A stretch of 35,646 nucleotides of DNA from an uncultured bacterium (GCA_964001155.1 CAXFCD010000214.1:1-35646); one strand, 5' to 3'. Numbered from the stretch's first letter, positions 9,929 to 18,860 are shown. The notes: generated by a model from the sequence alone, not told the origin. Numbers and translations: made by a program.

Positions 9929-11278
9929 TTATTCTTTTGTTATTTCTCTGACAACTATCCTGTTGCCATCTACTTTTAAAATTTGAACGGATTTTCCTTT
10001 TTCAACAAACTCACCTTCACTCACAACAAAGACGCGCTGATCATCCACTTTCACCCAACCGGAAGGATGCAAATCAGTATCAGCAATTCCAGTTTCACCT
10101 ACTAGAGATTCCCAACCAAATGTGGTGGTATATCCATCTTCTTTTTTCTGAATATCCGGTGATGTGAGTTGTTCCCAGAATTTTGTTTTGATCATAAGTC
10201 GACCCAATAGATACAATCCAATGGCAGCGCCAATGAGTCCAATCAAAAAGCCGTCTGTCGCTTGGCTCATGATTTCATCGCCCACAGGGACTTCGGGGAG
10301 AAGCAGTAAATATAAACCGTAAAGCAGCAACCCTATTCCGCCAAGACCGGCGACGCCAAAACCGGGGATAACCAGTAATTCCAGCATCAACAGCGCAAGG
10401 CCGGCAAAAATAAATAGCAGATCAGACATTGTGGCCAATTCAGCAATGTAAGAAGCGCTTAAGGACAAAATCAAACATGTGAGTCCCACCATACCGGGGA
10501 TGCCCCAACCGGGGCTTTGGAGTTCAAATAAAATGCCTAAAAATCCGAATGTTGTTAAAAGGGATGCCACAACCGGGTTGGTTAAAAATCGCACCACAAC
10601 TTCTGACCAATTTTCTTTTGATTCGAACGTGGTTGCGGAAGCAAATCCTAAGCTGTCTAAAAGAGCATCCATATTTTCTGCTGTGCCATCAGCAATGTTG
10701 TATTTCAAGGCTTGGTCTGTAGTAAGCGAAATGAGTTTCCCTTCTTTGCGACCTTCAATATCCGTCACTTCCACAGAATCACCCTCAATGATTAAATGTG
10801 TAAAGTTCAATTCTTCGTCCACCATTCCTCGAGCGATCTCTTTGTTTCGTCCCCGTTTTTCAGCAGTGGATGCCATTTCTTCCCGCATGAAACTGATGAC
10901 TTTTTCACTTCCTTTTTTTCCGGACATATCCACGGCAGTAGCAGCACCGATGAGTCCGCCGCCCGTCATATAAATTTTTTCACAAGACAAAGAAATGAGT
11001 GCACCCGCGGAAATGGCCCGGCGATTGATAAAGGCAACCGTTGGAACATCAGCACCCAATATCGCATCTTTGATCTGGGTGGCTGCATCTACACGACCCC
11101 CAAAGGTATTTATGTCAAAAATGACTGCACTGGCGCCTTGAGATTCCGCCTCGGTCAATGCCCGTTTTATAAAGGGCGGCAGACCGAGATCAATTGTACC
11201 TTCAATTGGGACCCTGTAAACAACATCAGGATATAAAAAGGATATACAGAAGAAAAGAGAAAGAAAATATCGTTTCAT
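9929..11278 (-). CDS. nfeD: Long-form NfeD membrane-bound serine protease (ClpP-class domain, TM domain, OB-fold)
   Basis: Signal peptide from MKRYFL (ATG at 11278), INTFGGRVDAA, AISAGALI, E...PGWGIPG, ELLVIPGFGVAG, and C-terminal TDLHPSG...V.SEGEFVEKG. Confidence 0.92.
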   Translation of the reverse strand: MKRYFLSLFFCISFLYPDVVYRVPIEGTIDLGLPPFIKRALTEAESQGASAVIFDINTFGGRVDAATQIKDAILGADVPTVAFINRRAISAGALISLSCEKIYMTGGGLIGAATAVDMSGKKGSEKVISFMREEMASTAEKRGRNKEIARGMVDEELNFTHLIIEGDSVEVTDIEGRKEGKLISLTTDQALKYNIADGTAENMDALLDSLGFASATTFESKENWSEVVVRFLTNPVVASLLTTFGFLGILFELQSPGWGIPGMVGLTCLILSLSASYIAELATMSDLLFIFAGLALLMLELLVIPGFGVAGLGGIGLLLYGLYLLLLPEVPVGDEIMSQATDGFLIGLIGAAIGLYLLGRLMIKTKFWEQLTSPDIQKKEDGYTTTFGWESLVGETGIADTDLHPSGWVKVDDQRVFVVSEGEFVEKGKSVQILKVDGNRIVVREITKE

Positions 11279-11280
11279 AG

Positions 11281-11382
11281 TCGGGAATTTCACACGAAAT
11301 GTGAACGAGTGGAAACAAAAAAGGTTCACCAATTATTCAAAATCCCAGTCAATATCCAGATGGCAAATCAGTAATTTCCCGA
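11281..11382. promoter_or_regulatory. Divergent nfeD/lpxL promoter region with mirrored (G/T)AA(A/T)TTCCCGA motifs
   Basis: GAAATTCCCGA lies on the - strand 2 nt before the nfeD ATG. TAATTTCCCGA lies on the + strand 6 nt before the lpxL ATG. Confidence 0.35.
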
Positions 11383-11388
11383 TTCAAA

Positions 11389-12249
11389 ATGAAAACATCG
11401 CACCAAATTACATACAGCTTATTGACATTCTTGAAAAAATGGATGTCTGCCCTGTCTCAAAAAACACGCTACCGTTTAGCGAGCCGATTGGCGAGCTTTT
11501 CTTATCATTACATCCCAAAACGGAAAGGACAAGTAATAAAAAATCTGAAACGTGCATTTCCAAATTGGTCTGATTTAAAAATAGAAAATTATGTAAAAAA
11601 GATTTTCGTGTTTTTTATGCATAACATGATTCAGTTTTTCGCATTTCCTAAATCGTGGGAAGGAATCAAAATTGATGTAAAAAATGAATCAGTTTTAACT
11701 GAGGCCATGAACCAAAATAAGGGATGTATTTTGATTTCAGCTCATTTTGGTGTGTGGGAATTGTTTGCAAAATGGATGGGAGAAACAGAGTATAAATTCG
11801 TCGGTGTTGCACATAGACAAAAGAATCGCGGGGCAAATAGGTTTTTCCAAGAACAACGAGAATTAAGTGGTGTAGGACACATTTTCAGAAAGGAACCCAT
11901 TGAGAAAATGGAAACTGTATTGAATGATAATGGAATCTTAGCACTGGTAAGCGATCAAGATGCAAAACAAAAAGGTGTTTTTGTTGACTTTTTCGGGACA
12001 CCTGCATCCACACCAAGAGGCGCTGCATTATTTCATAAAAAATCTAGTGCGCCCATGATTTTTGGTGTGTGTGCCCAAACCGGATTTCAGAAATATCAGA
12101 TTCATTTTTTGGATGTGAAACCTAAAAGTAATAGTACTTTGGACATCACCCAAGCATTCACATCCATTATTGAAGAAAAGGTTCGGGAATATCCGGAGCA
12201 GTATTTTTGGTTTCATCGTCGGTGGAAAACTAAGTTGGATCAGGATTAG
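11389..12249 (+). CDS. lpxL: Lipid A late acyltransferase (LpxL/HtrB family)
   Basis: NL..AFP, HFGVWE (HxxxxE), LVSDQDA, FVDFFG.PA.T and PEQYFWFHRRWK. Confidence 0.85.
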   Translation: MKTSHQITYSLLTFLKKWMSALSQKTRYRLASRLASFSYHYIPKRKGQVIKNLKRAFPNWSDLKIENYVKKIFVFFMHNMIQFFAFPKSWEGIKIDVKNESVLTEAMNQNKGCILISAHFGVWELFAKWMGETEYKFVGVAHRQKNRGANRFFQEQRELSGVGHIFRKEPIEKMETVLNDNGILALVSDQDAKQKGVFVDFFGTPASTPRGAALFHKKSSAPMIFGVCAQTGFQKYQIHFLDVKPKSNSTLDITQAFTSIIEEKVREYPEQYFWFHRRWKTKLDQD

Positions 12250-12255
12250 AACTTG

Positions 12256-12270
12256 CCCGCCTTTGGCGGG
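12256..12270. repeat. GC-rich REP-like hairpin with adjacent short tandem repeats
   Basis: CCCGCC-TTT-GGCGGG between co-oriented lpxL and tsaC, followed by ATTTAGG-ATTTAGA. No U-tract. Confidence 0.55.
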
Positions 12271-12304
12271 TTAGGAGTGATGATTTAGGATTTAGATAAG
12301 GACA

Positions 12305-12877
12305 ATGGTGATAAGAATTAACATAACTAATAAAAAAGAAATTTCTGAAACATGTGCTGTTTTGGAAAAAGGCGGCGTCATTGTTTATCCTACAGATACG
12401 CTTTATGGTTTTGGCTGTGATGCTAAGAACGAATCTGCAATTCAGAAAATCAATGATCTCAAAGGAAGATTCTCGCCCATGAGCGTATTGGCATCGGATA
12501 AATCTTCTGCGCTATCCTGGATGAATTTAGATGAAACACAAAAACAATTTTGTTCGGGAAAACTGGGAGGTGCTTCCACGATCATTGTGCCAGTTCATGA
12601 TGAAACTGTATCTCCTTTAATCACGGGTGAAAATAATTCATTGGGCATTCGTATTCCGGATCACGACTTTTGTCAGAAACTATCAAATGCTTATCCAAAT
12701 CCCATTACCACAACAAGTGTGAATCGCACTGGTCAACCTGCCATGACCAATCCGGAAGATATCATGAAAGAATTCGGAGATGAAATTGATTTAATCATTG
12801 ATGCAGGTATCGTTGTGGGAACCGGCTCTACAATTTACATGTATGACAAAGGTGAATTAACAATTCTCCGTTCATGA
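12305..12877 (+). CDS. tsaC: L-threonylcarbamoyladenylate synthase (TsaC/YrdC, single domain)
   Basis: VYPTDTLYGFGCD, K.R, GIRIPDH, PITTTSVN.TG and ST. Confidence 0.9.
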   Translation: MVIRINITNKKEISETCAVLEKGGVIVYPTDTLYGFGCDAKNESAIQKINDLKGRFSPMSVLASDKSSALSWMNLDETQKQFCSGKLGGASTIIVPVHDETVSPLITGENNSLGIRIPDHDFCQKLSNAYPNPITTTSVNRTGQPAMTNPEDIMKEFGDEIDLIIDAGIVVGTGSTIYMYDKGELTILRS

Positions 12878-13578
12878 AAATAGCTTCACTTCTTCTCTTC
12901 CTCTCTTTTTTATTTGGGACAGATGTCCCGTTCAAAGTCGGTGAAACCCTTCGTTATAATGCATCATTTTCAGGGATAGATGCTGCCACGGGAAAATTAG
13001 AAGTGCTTGGCAAAAAAACAATTCATTCGATCGATACATATCATGTTCGATTCTCTGCTACAACTCATGGTTTTACGGATTTTTTATTTCCAATCAGAGA
13101 CGTAATTGATCTTTGGCTTGATGTAGAAACCTTGCTGCCGGTGAAAGTTGTGAAAGATATCAATGAAGGATCATACAAAAAAAAGAATTCAATACACTTA
13201 AACCAAGCAGAGAGTTTTGCTCTATATAAAAAAGATACCATTTCTATTAAGACCGGAACGCATTCACCTTATTCCATGTTTTATTTTTTCCGCAGAGGTG
13301 ATTTATCCAAAATCCATGGTGAAACATTTTCTACAATAGATGGGAGAAAGAAAACTCAACTGCAAATGACAGTTGAGGAAAATGTTGAAGCATCGGTTCC
13401 AATCGGAGATTTCATGTGTACAAAAGTAACGCCCATGCGAACAGATAAAAAGAAATTCAAGAATGAAGCAACCATGTCCATATGGTTCTCCAATGATGAA
13501 AACCGGTATCCGGTGAAAATTTGGATAAAAATGAAGTTTGGCGCATTCGTCCTAAAATTGGACGATGTCATTAATTAA
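12874..13578 (+). CDS. Exported DUF3108-like protein
   Basis: Signal peptide, F.VGE.L.Y, F.IRD....W.D, EGSYK and WFSNDENRYPVKI...MKFG. ATGA overlap with tsaC. Confidence 0.75.
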   Translation: MKIASLLLFLSFLFGTDVPFKVGETLRYNASFSGIDAATGKLEVLGKKTIHSIDTYHVRFSATTHGFTDFLFPIRDVIDLWLDVETLLPVKVVKDINEGSYKKKNSIHLNQAESFALYKKDTISIKTGTHSPYSMFYFFRRGDLSKIHGETFSTIDGRKKTQLQMTVEENVEASVPIGDFMCTKVTPMRTDKKKFKNEATMSIWFSNDENRYPVKIWIKMKFGAFVLKLDDVIN

Positions 13579-14776
13579 ACAAACGGGTGATGTCGTTGAA
13601 AATGATAGTCACCATAAGCATCAATAGAAATGCCATGCCGATTTGTTGGATGGTGATTCGTGCTTTTAATGATATAGGCCTTCTCATAATCCCCTCAACC
13701 AAATGAATGAATATATGTCCGCCATCCAACCCTGGAATAGGCAAAATATTTAAGAAAGCTAAGTTGACACTAATCAATGCCATAAATGTTAAAAATGGAA
13801 TCCAACCTGCTTCTGCGGTTTGTCCTGCCAGTTGAGCAATCATAATCGGGCCTCCAAAATCTGAAACAGATGCTTCACCGGCACCTAACATTTTCAAGCT
13901 CATGATAATCATGGCGAAACTGCCTGCGGTTCTTGCTAGTCCAAATTGTGTAGCTTCTCCTACAGTAATATCTGAATAAATTAATTCAGGAACGATTCCG
14001 ATGGCACCTAAGGTATCAATTCCAGATTCTGTTGGAACCGGCATAAAAGACGTTGTGATATTCATGTCGATCTCAACATTGTCACGTTCAATGGTCAATG
14101 TTATATCAGAATTGGGAAGGGCATGGATTATTTTCGTGAGATCATACCATGTTTCAATATTATAAAGGACCTTTATAGTGTCATCATCTACAACTTGTGG
14201 TCCTTTGATTACTGTAATTCGATCTCCGGGAAGAATCCCTGACTTGATTGCAGGCATATCCTGTTGCAGATCTGCAACAATCGGTTCATTTTTAATCTCT
14301 GGTGATCCTTGATAAAATCCAATGGCTGCAAAAATGACAAACGCCAACAACGTATTCATAAGAACACCAGCGCTCATTACCCAAAGTTTGGCCCACAAAG
14401 GTTTAGACATAAATTCATCATCTTCGTAGGATATTTCTGTGTCCATACTCTCATCTATGATGCCGGCCATTTTCACATAACCTCCAAGGGGAACGAGAGC
14501 TATCACATATTCCGTGTCAGAGCCAATTCGGTTAGGTTTTCTGAATTTACAAGTATAAACCGGTTGCCAATTCAATCCATTGGAAGTTCGTTTATAAAAA
14601 AATAATTTGAATAACCATCCGTCATCTTCTGATGTAATTGTGATGAACCGAGGCGGAAATCCAATGGAAAATCTTTCTACACGAATCCCTACAGACCGTG
14701 CCGCAATGAAGTGCCCGAATTCGTGGATGGTGATCAATACACCTAGAATAAGAATTGTTGCCCAAATGATTGTCAT
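13571..14776 (-). CDS. rseP: RIP metalloprotease RseP with a single PDZ domain
   Basis: HEFGH zinc motif, PLGGYVKM, AGVLMN, GGPIMIAQ and NILPIPGLDGGH. Confidence 0.95.
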   Translation of the reverse strand: MTIIWATILILGVLITIHEFGHFIAARSVGIRVERFSIGFPPRFITITSEDDGWLFKLFFYKRTSNGLNWQPVYTCKFRKPNRIGSDTEYVIALVPLGGYVKMAGIIDESMDTEISYEDDEFMSKPLWAKLWVMSAGVLMNTLLAFVIFAAIGFYQGSPEIKNEPIVADLQQDMPAIKSGILPGDRITVIKGPQVVDDDTIKVLYNIETWYDLTKIIHALPNSDITLTIERDNVEIDMNITTSFMPVPTESGIDTLGAIGIVPELIYSDITVGEATQFGLARTAGSFAMIIMSLKMLGAGEASVSDFGGPIMIAQLAGQTAEAGWIPFLTFMALISVNLAFLNILPIPGLDGGHIFIHLVEGIMRRPISLKARITIQQIGMAFLLMLMVTIIFNDITRLFN

Positions 14777-14819
14777 GACAGGTAAAATCTACTCAATAAT
14801 TAAAAAATGGTTCCTAAGT

Positions 14820-15965
14820 TCAAAAAGAGCTTACGTGATTTTTCACCCACTCGTCCAATGCTTTTAAATTATCCAACGTGGGATGTTCAATCCAATTGTG
14901 GCCATTCATGGCAGATTCATTGATTTTAGGAATATCAGTGAATTTGATTTGACCATTGAGAAAACGAGCCACAGCATAATCATTGGCTAAATTAAGTGCA
15001 GCACCGGCTGTACCTAGTTTTTCCAATGATTCAAAAGCCAAACGAATACAGGGGAATCGGTCCAGGTTCGGTTTTTCAAATGTGAGATCTCCACATTCAA
15101 AAAAGTCTAATTGCTCCCATGGCGCTTCTAAATGCCGGGGATAAGTCAATGCATATTGGATAGGCACTTTCATATCAGGTATGCCCATTTGGGCTTTAAT
15201 GGCGCCATCCTTTAATTCGATCATTGAATGGATGATGGATTGGGGATGAACCACGATATCAATTTTATCCGGTGTAAATCCAAAGAGCCAATAAGCTTCA
15301 ATCACTTCCAATCCTTTATTCATCATGGTGGCGCTGTCAATGGTGATTTTTCGTCCCATGTCCCAATTTGGGTGCTTCAATGCTTCTTCCACTGTGATAT
15401 CAGAAAATGTATCTACATCTCTTGTGCGGAATGGACCGCCACTTCCTGTTAAAATTAAGCGGCGAATATCTTCCATTTTTTCGCCCACCAAACATTGCCA
15501 AATGGCAGAATGTTCAGAATCTACAGGAAACAATTTTGCGCCGGATTTTTCCATGGCTTGTTTAATTATATCGCCAGCCATGACCAAGCTTTCTTTATTG
15601 GATAGTGCAACATCAATGCTGGCTTCAATGGCTTTCAATGTGGGTTCCATTCCCGGAGCGCCCACTAATCCATTCAACAAAATATCTACATTATTTCGTT
15701 GGGCTAATTCCAATAATCCTTCCCGACCTACCAAAACTTCAGTATCGGAAGATGAAAGCGCATCTTTCACTTTTTCGGAAACAGATTCATCTACAATACA
15801 GACCGCTTTGGGTTTGAATTGCAAAGATTGTTCAATTAACAAATCTGCATTTCGATTAGCGGATAAATAAACAATTTCCAATTTATCTTTCAAATGCGAT
15901 GCAACTTTCAGCGCATTGACGCCGATGGAACCTGTAGAGCCTAATATTGAAATTCGCTTGGACAT
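14820..15965 (-). CDS. dxr: 1-deoxy-D-xylulose-5-phosphate reductoisomerase
   Basis: ILGSTGSIG, L.NKESLV, PVDSEHSAI, LTGSGGPF, HPNWDMGRKITIDSATMMNKGLEVIEA and HPQSIIHS. Confidence 0.98.
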   Translation of the reverse strand: MSKRISILGSTGSIGVNALKVASHLKDKLEIVYLSANRNADLLIEQSLQFKPKAVCIVDESVSEKVKDALSSSDTEVLVGREGLLELAQRNNVDILLNGLVGAPGMEPTLKAIEASIDVALSNKESLVMAGDIIKQAMEKSGAKLFPVDSEHSAIWQCLVGEKMEDIRRLILTGSGGPFRTRDVDTFSDITVEEALKHPNWDMGRKITIDSATMMNKGLEVIEAYWLFGFTPDKIDIVVHPQSIIHSMIELKDGAIKAQMGIPDMKVPIQYALTYPRHLEAPWEQLDFFECGDLTFEKPNLDRFPCIRLAFESLEKLGTAGAALNLANDYAVARFLNGQIKFTDIPKINESAMNGHNWIEHPTLDNLKALDEWVKNHVSSF

Positions 15966-16657
15966 TAGAAAATTTCTTTTTGAATGTAAAAAGTTACCAT
16001 GGATCTTTTTGGATGAAATCTCGATCCTACACCCAATGTAAAAATCGAATAATTATACAAAGCATCCACACCAATGAAATTTGTTTGGCCTTCAAGTTTA
16101 GAAAATAATTCTGATTTATATTGATAGGATTTTTCTTTAAAGAAATTTGAACCAGCACCAATTCTGAATTGAACAAATTTCCATTCAATCCATTTTCTGA
16201 TATCCAACGTAAGAGAAGTTAATCGAAAATGATCTAACCCTTTAAGATCAATACGTTGAACAGACGTGACCCAATCCAACGTATCTTTGCTACCAAAGGC
16301 ATATTGAAGTCCTGCACCCAACACTTGGGGAGAATCTTTCCCAGCAGAAAACCCAAACACCTTTCCGGTGAGCGCCAGGTTTTTTGTGAGTTTGACGCCA
16401 AAATCCAAATTGGGGTAGGTCCAGTATTCACTCCATAATTTCCTGGTTGATGATGAAAATCCGGATTGTAATAAAATTCGATTGTTGCTCATGGGATCAA
16501 TGGCCGGAGATTCACTCAGCCAAAAGGATGATGAAACTACGAGACTTTTGGCATAGCCATCACAGTCTTGACACACAACTGAATCAAATCTGAAATCTGC
16601 AGACTGAGAAAGTGTGATGCTGGAAAGCATCAAGGATAAGAAAAAAAATTTCATCAA
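15965..16657 (-). CDS. Uncharacterised exported protein, possible small outer-membrane beta-barrel
   Basis: Signal peptide, CQDC near the mature N-terminus, alternating amphipathic strands and a terminal Phe. TAATG-coupled to dxr. Confidence 0.6.
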   Translation of the reverse strand: MMKFFFLSLMLSSITLSQSADFRFDSVVCQDCDGYAKSLVVSSSFWLSESPAIDPMSNNRILLQSGFSSSTRKLWSEYWTYPNLDFGVKLTKNLALTGKVFGFSAGKDSPQVLGAGLQYAFGSKDTLDWVTSVQRIDLKGLDHFRLTSLTLDIRKWIEWKFVQFRIGAGSNFFKEKSYQYKSELFSKLEGQTNFIGVDALYNYSIFTLGVGSRFHPKRSMVTFYIQKEIF

Positions 16658-16663
16658 TGAAAT

Positions 16664-17458
16664 TTAGATAATACCTCGTTCAGAAGAACGAATAAAATCT
16701 ATAATTTGATTTTTATACTCAGACGGTGGAATATCGGTTTCAATTTTTGAAAGTGCATCATTTCTGTTTAATCCGGAGCGGAAATAGATTTGATATGCAT
16801 TTTTAATGATGTTTCTTTCTTCAACGGAAAATCCTCTTCGTTTCAAACCGATACGGTTTACTCCTTGAAATTTCAATGGTTCCTCCGCGCAAAGGATAAA
16901 AGGCGGCACATCCTGCACAGCCCGAAAACCACCGCCAATAAATGCATGGGCACCGATTTTGGTAAATTGATGCACCAAAACTCCACCACCCAAAGAAGCC
17001 CAATCACCGATTTCGACATGGCCGCCCAAGGTTGCCATATTGGCTAAAATTGCATTGTCACCAACGATACAATCGTGGGCAATATGGACATAAGCCATTA
17101 ATAGCGTGTCTGAACCCACTTCTGTTTTTCCCAGCGCATCCGTCCCTTTGTTTATGGTCGCATATTCCCGGATAGTGGTTCGATCCCCGATAATAGTTTC
17201 CGTCTTTTCACCACCAAATTTTAGGTCTTGGGGAATTTCGCCAATTACACTGGAATGAAAAATTCTACAATCTTGCCCAATATGTGTTCCATCACAAATG
17301 GAGACATGGTTTCCAATGGTTGTATTGTCACCAATTAAAACATTTGCTTCAATAATGGAATAAGGGCCGATTGATATATTGGAGCCCAAATCAGCAGTTG
17401 GGTCAACAATTGCTGTGGGATGGATAGATGAGGAAATATTAACCGCCTGCTCGGTCAA
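16664..17458 (-). CDS. lpxA: UDP-N-acetylglucosamine O-acyltransferase
   Basis: IHPTAIVD, hexapeptide repeats, PQDLKF.GE, HIAHDC, LGGHVEIGD, VHQF and QDVPPF. The start is uncertain: TTG at 17458 or 17461, or ATT at 17437. Confidence 0.95.
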   Translation of the reverse strand: MTEQAVNISSSIHPTAIVDPTADLGSNISIGPYSIIEANVLIGDNTTIGNHVSICDGTHIGQDCRIFHSSVIGEIPQDLKFGGEKTETIIGDRTTIREYATINKGTDALGKTEVGSDTLLMAYVHIAHDCIVGDNAILANMATLGGHVEIGDWASLGGGVLVHQFTKIGAHAFIGGGFRAVQDVPPFILCAEEPLKFQGVNRIGLKRRGFSVEERNIIKNAYQIYFRSGLNRNDALSKIETDIPPSEYKNQIIDFIRSSERGII

Positions 17459-17903
17459 CAATATTTGCAGAGAGGAATGCTTCAGCCACCACTTTATCAT
17501 CCACGAAACATTTTCCATGGAATTTGCAAATACTGAGTTTCCTTTTTACAAGATTCATGTGAATCTTAAGTTGGTCTCCCGGAACGATAGGCCTGCGGAA
17601 TTTTGCGTTATCGATCGTGGAAAATAACATATTTTTAGACAGGGGATCTTCCACTTGACTCAGCATGAGAAAAGCGCCTGCTTGCGCCATGCTTTCCAAT
17701 GAAAGGACCCCAGGCATGACGGGTTGTCCCGGGAAATGACCTTGAAAGAATGGTTCATTGATGGTCACATTCTTTGTTGCAACTAAGGATTGTCCCGGTT
17801 CTATTACTTCCAATTTGTCGATAAGAATAAATGGATAGCGATGGGGCAGGACTTTAATGATGTCATTAATACTAAAATCCGTTTGTTGAGAAAATTCATT
17901 CAT
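17439..17903 (-). CDS. fabZ: 3-hydroxyacyl-ACP dehydratase
   Basis: LPHRYPFILID, KNVTINEPFFQGHFP..PVMPGVL.LESMAQ and KFRRPIVPGDQL. Confidence 0.97.
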   Translation of the reverse strand: MNEFSQQTDFSINDIIKVLPHRYPFILIDKLEVIEPGQSLVATKNVTINEPFFQGHFPGQPVMPGVLSLESMAQAGAFLMLSQVEDPLSKNMLFSTIDNAKFRRPIVPGDQLKIHMNLVKRKLSICKFHGKCFVDDKVVAEAFLSANIVDRAGG

Positions 17904-17916
17904 CAGCTGGTTCTAC

Positions 17917-18852
17917 CTACAATTGTGCAAGTTCCTCTACATATTCCATTTTCAATTTTTTTACAAACTCAACATTGCTGGCATGCCCGGCCCGTGCTGC
18001 AGTTACATGGCCTTTGATCGGTAAACCCAGCAGCGCTAAGTCGCCGATCAGATCTAAAGTTTTGTGGCGGACCGGTTCATTTTTAAAGCGTAAAACTTTG
18101 CCATTTAGAATACCATTCGCGCCTTGGATAATATTGTGTTCAATGCCAAATAAATCTTTAAGCCGCGCCATTTCAGTTTGATCAATTTCTTTATCTACGA
18201 TGACAACAGCGTTATCCAACGCACCGCCTTTGATTAGTCCTTGTTCTTTCAGCATTTCTACTTCGCTCAAAAAACAAAATGTCCGGGCTGGAGCAACCTC
18301 GAACGCAAAATCCTCTTCCATATTGTAGATCGCTTCATACTGGGTTCCCAGTGCCGGTAATGGGTATTCCACCATAAAAGTTATTCTAAATCTATCTGAA
18401 GGGATTACGTGAATATCAATATCGCGATAGGGATTGGTATAATTGACTGCCCGTGTAATTTCCAGGACTTTCCTTTCCTCTTTCTGAATTTTGATCCCGG
18501 CATTGATCAAACATTCAACAAAATCCTTAGCGCTGCCGTCCATCACTGGCGGTTCTTTCCCCGTTAATTCAATCAGAATGTTATCAATTCGTAATCCACT
18601 CACCGCAGCTAAAGCGTGTTCCACAGTATGAATCCGGACGTCATTTTCTTCGATGGTTGTTCCACGGGAGATGTCCACAACATGATCAATATCAGCTTTT
18701 ATTTCCGGACTAGATGAAATATCAGACCGGACAAAGCGGATGCCGAAATTTTCCGGTGCAGGATGAAATGTAATACTTGTTTCCACGCCGGTATGGAGGC
18801 CCACTCCTTGGCAGGATTGTGAGGTTCTGATTGTTCTTTGCTTTCTTTCCAT
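17917..18852 (-). CDS. lpxC: UDP-3-O-acyl-N-acetylglucosamine deacetylase
   Basis: KQRTI, GVGLHTG, TVEHALAA, EPPVMDGSA, APARTFCF and EPVRHK.LDLIGDL. Confidence 0.96.
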   Translation of the reverse strand: MERKQRTIRTSQSCQGVGLHTGVETSITFHPAPENFGIRFVRSDISSSPEIKADIDHVVDISRGTTIEENDVRIHTVEHALAAVSGLRIDNILIELTGKEPPVMDGSAKDFVECLINAGIKIQKEERKVLEITRAVNYTNPYRDIDIHVIPSDRFRITFMVEYPLPALGTQYEAIYNMEEDFAFEVAPARTFCFLSEVEMLKEQGLIKGGALDNAVVIVDKEIDQTEMARLKDLFGIEHNIIQGANGILNGKVLRFKNEPVRHKTLDLIGDLALLGLPIKGHVTAARAGHASNVEFVKKLKMEYVEELAQL

Positions 18853-18860
18853 CCTGAAAT

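Noticed and set aside
10479-11236. Long + strand ORFs (164 aa and 146 aa) opposite nfeD
   Set aside because: Antisense shadows of a well-supported gene with no recognisable motifs.
11301-11573. 90-aa + strand ORF overlapping the lpxL start
   Set aside because: Out-of-frame overlap with lpxL across a divergent promoter region; no ribosome-binding site or motif.
13177-13184. A8 homopolymer in the DUF3108 gene as a phase-variation tract
   Set aside because: Short run encoding Lys residues in an AT-rich genome, and the frame is intact.
15325-15870. 181-aa + strand ORF opposite dxr
   Set aside because: Codon-register antisense shadow of a conserved gene; Ser-rich and without motifs.
17904-17919. 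Programmed readthrough or frameshift joining lpxC to fabZ
   Set aside because: Both relevant frames contain TAG, readthrough alone meets TGA after six codons, and no slippery site is visible.
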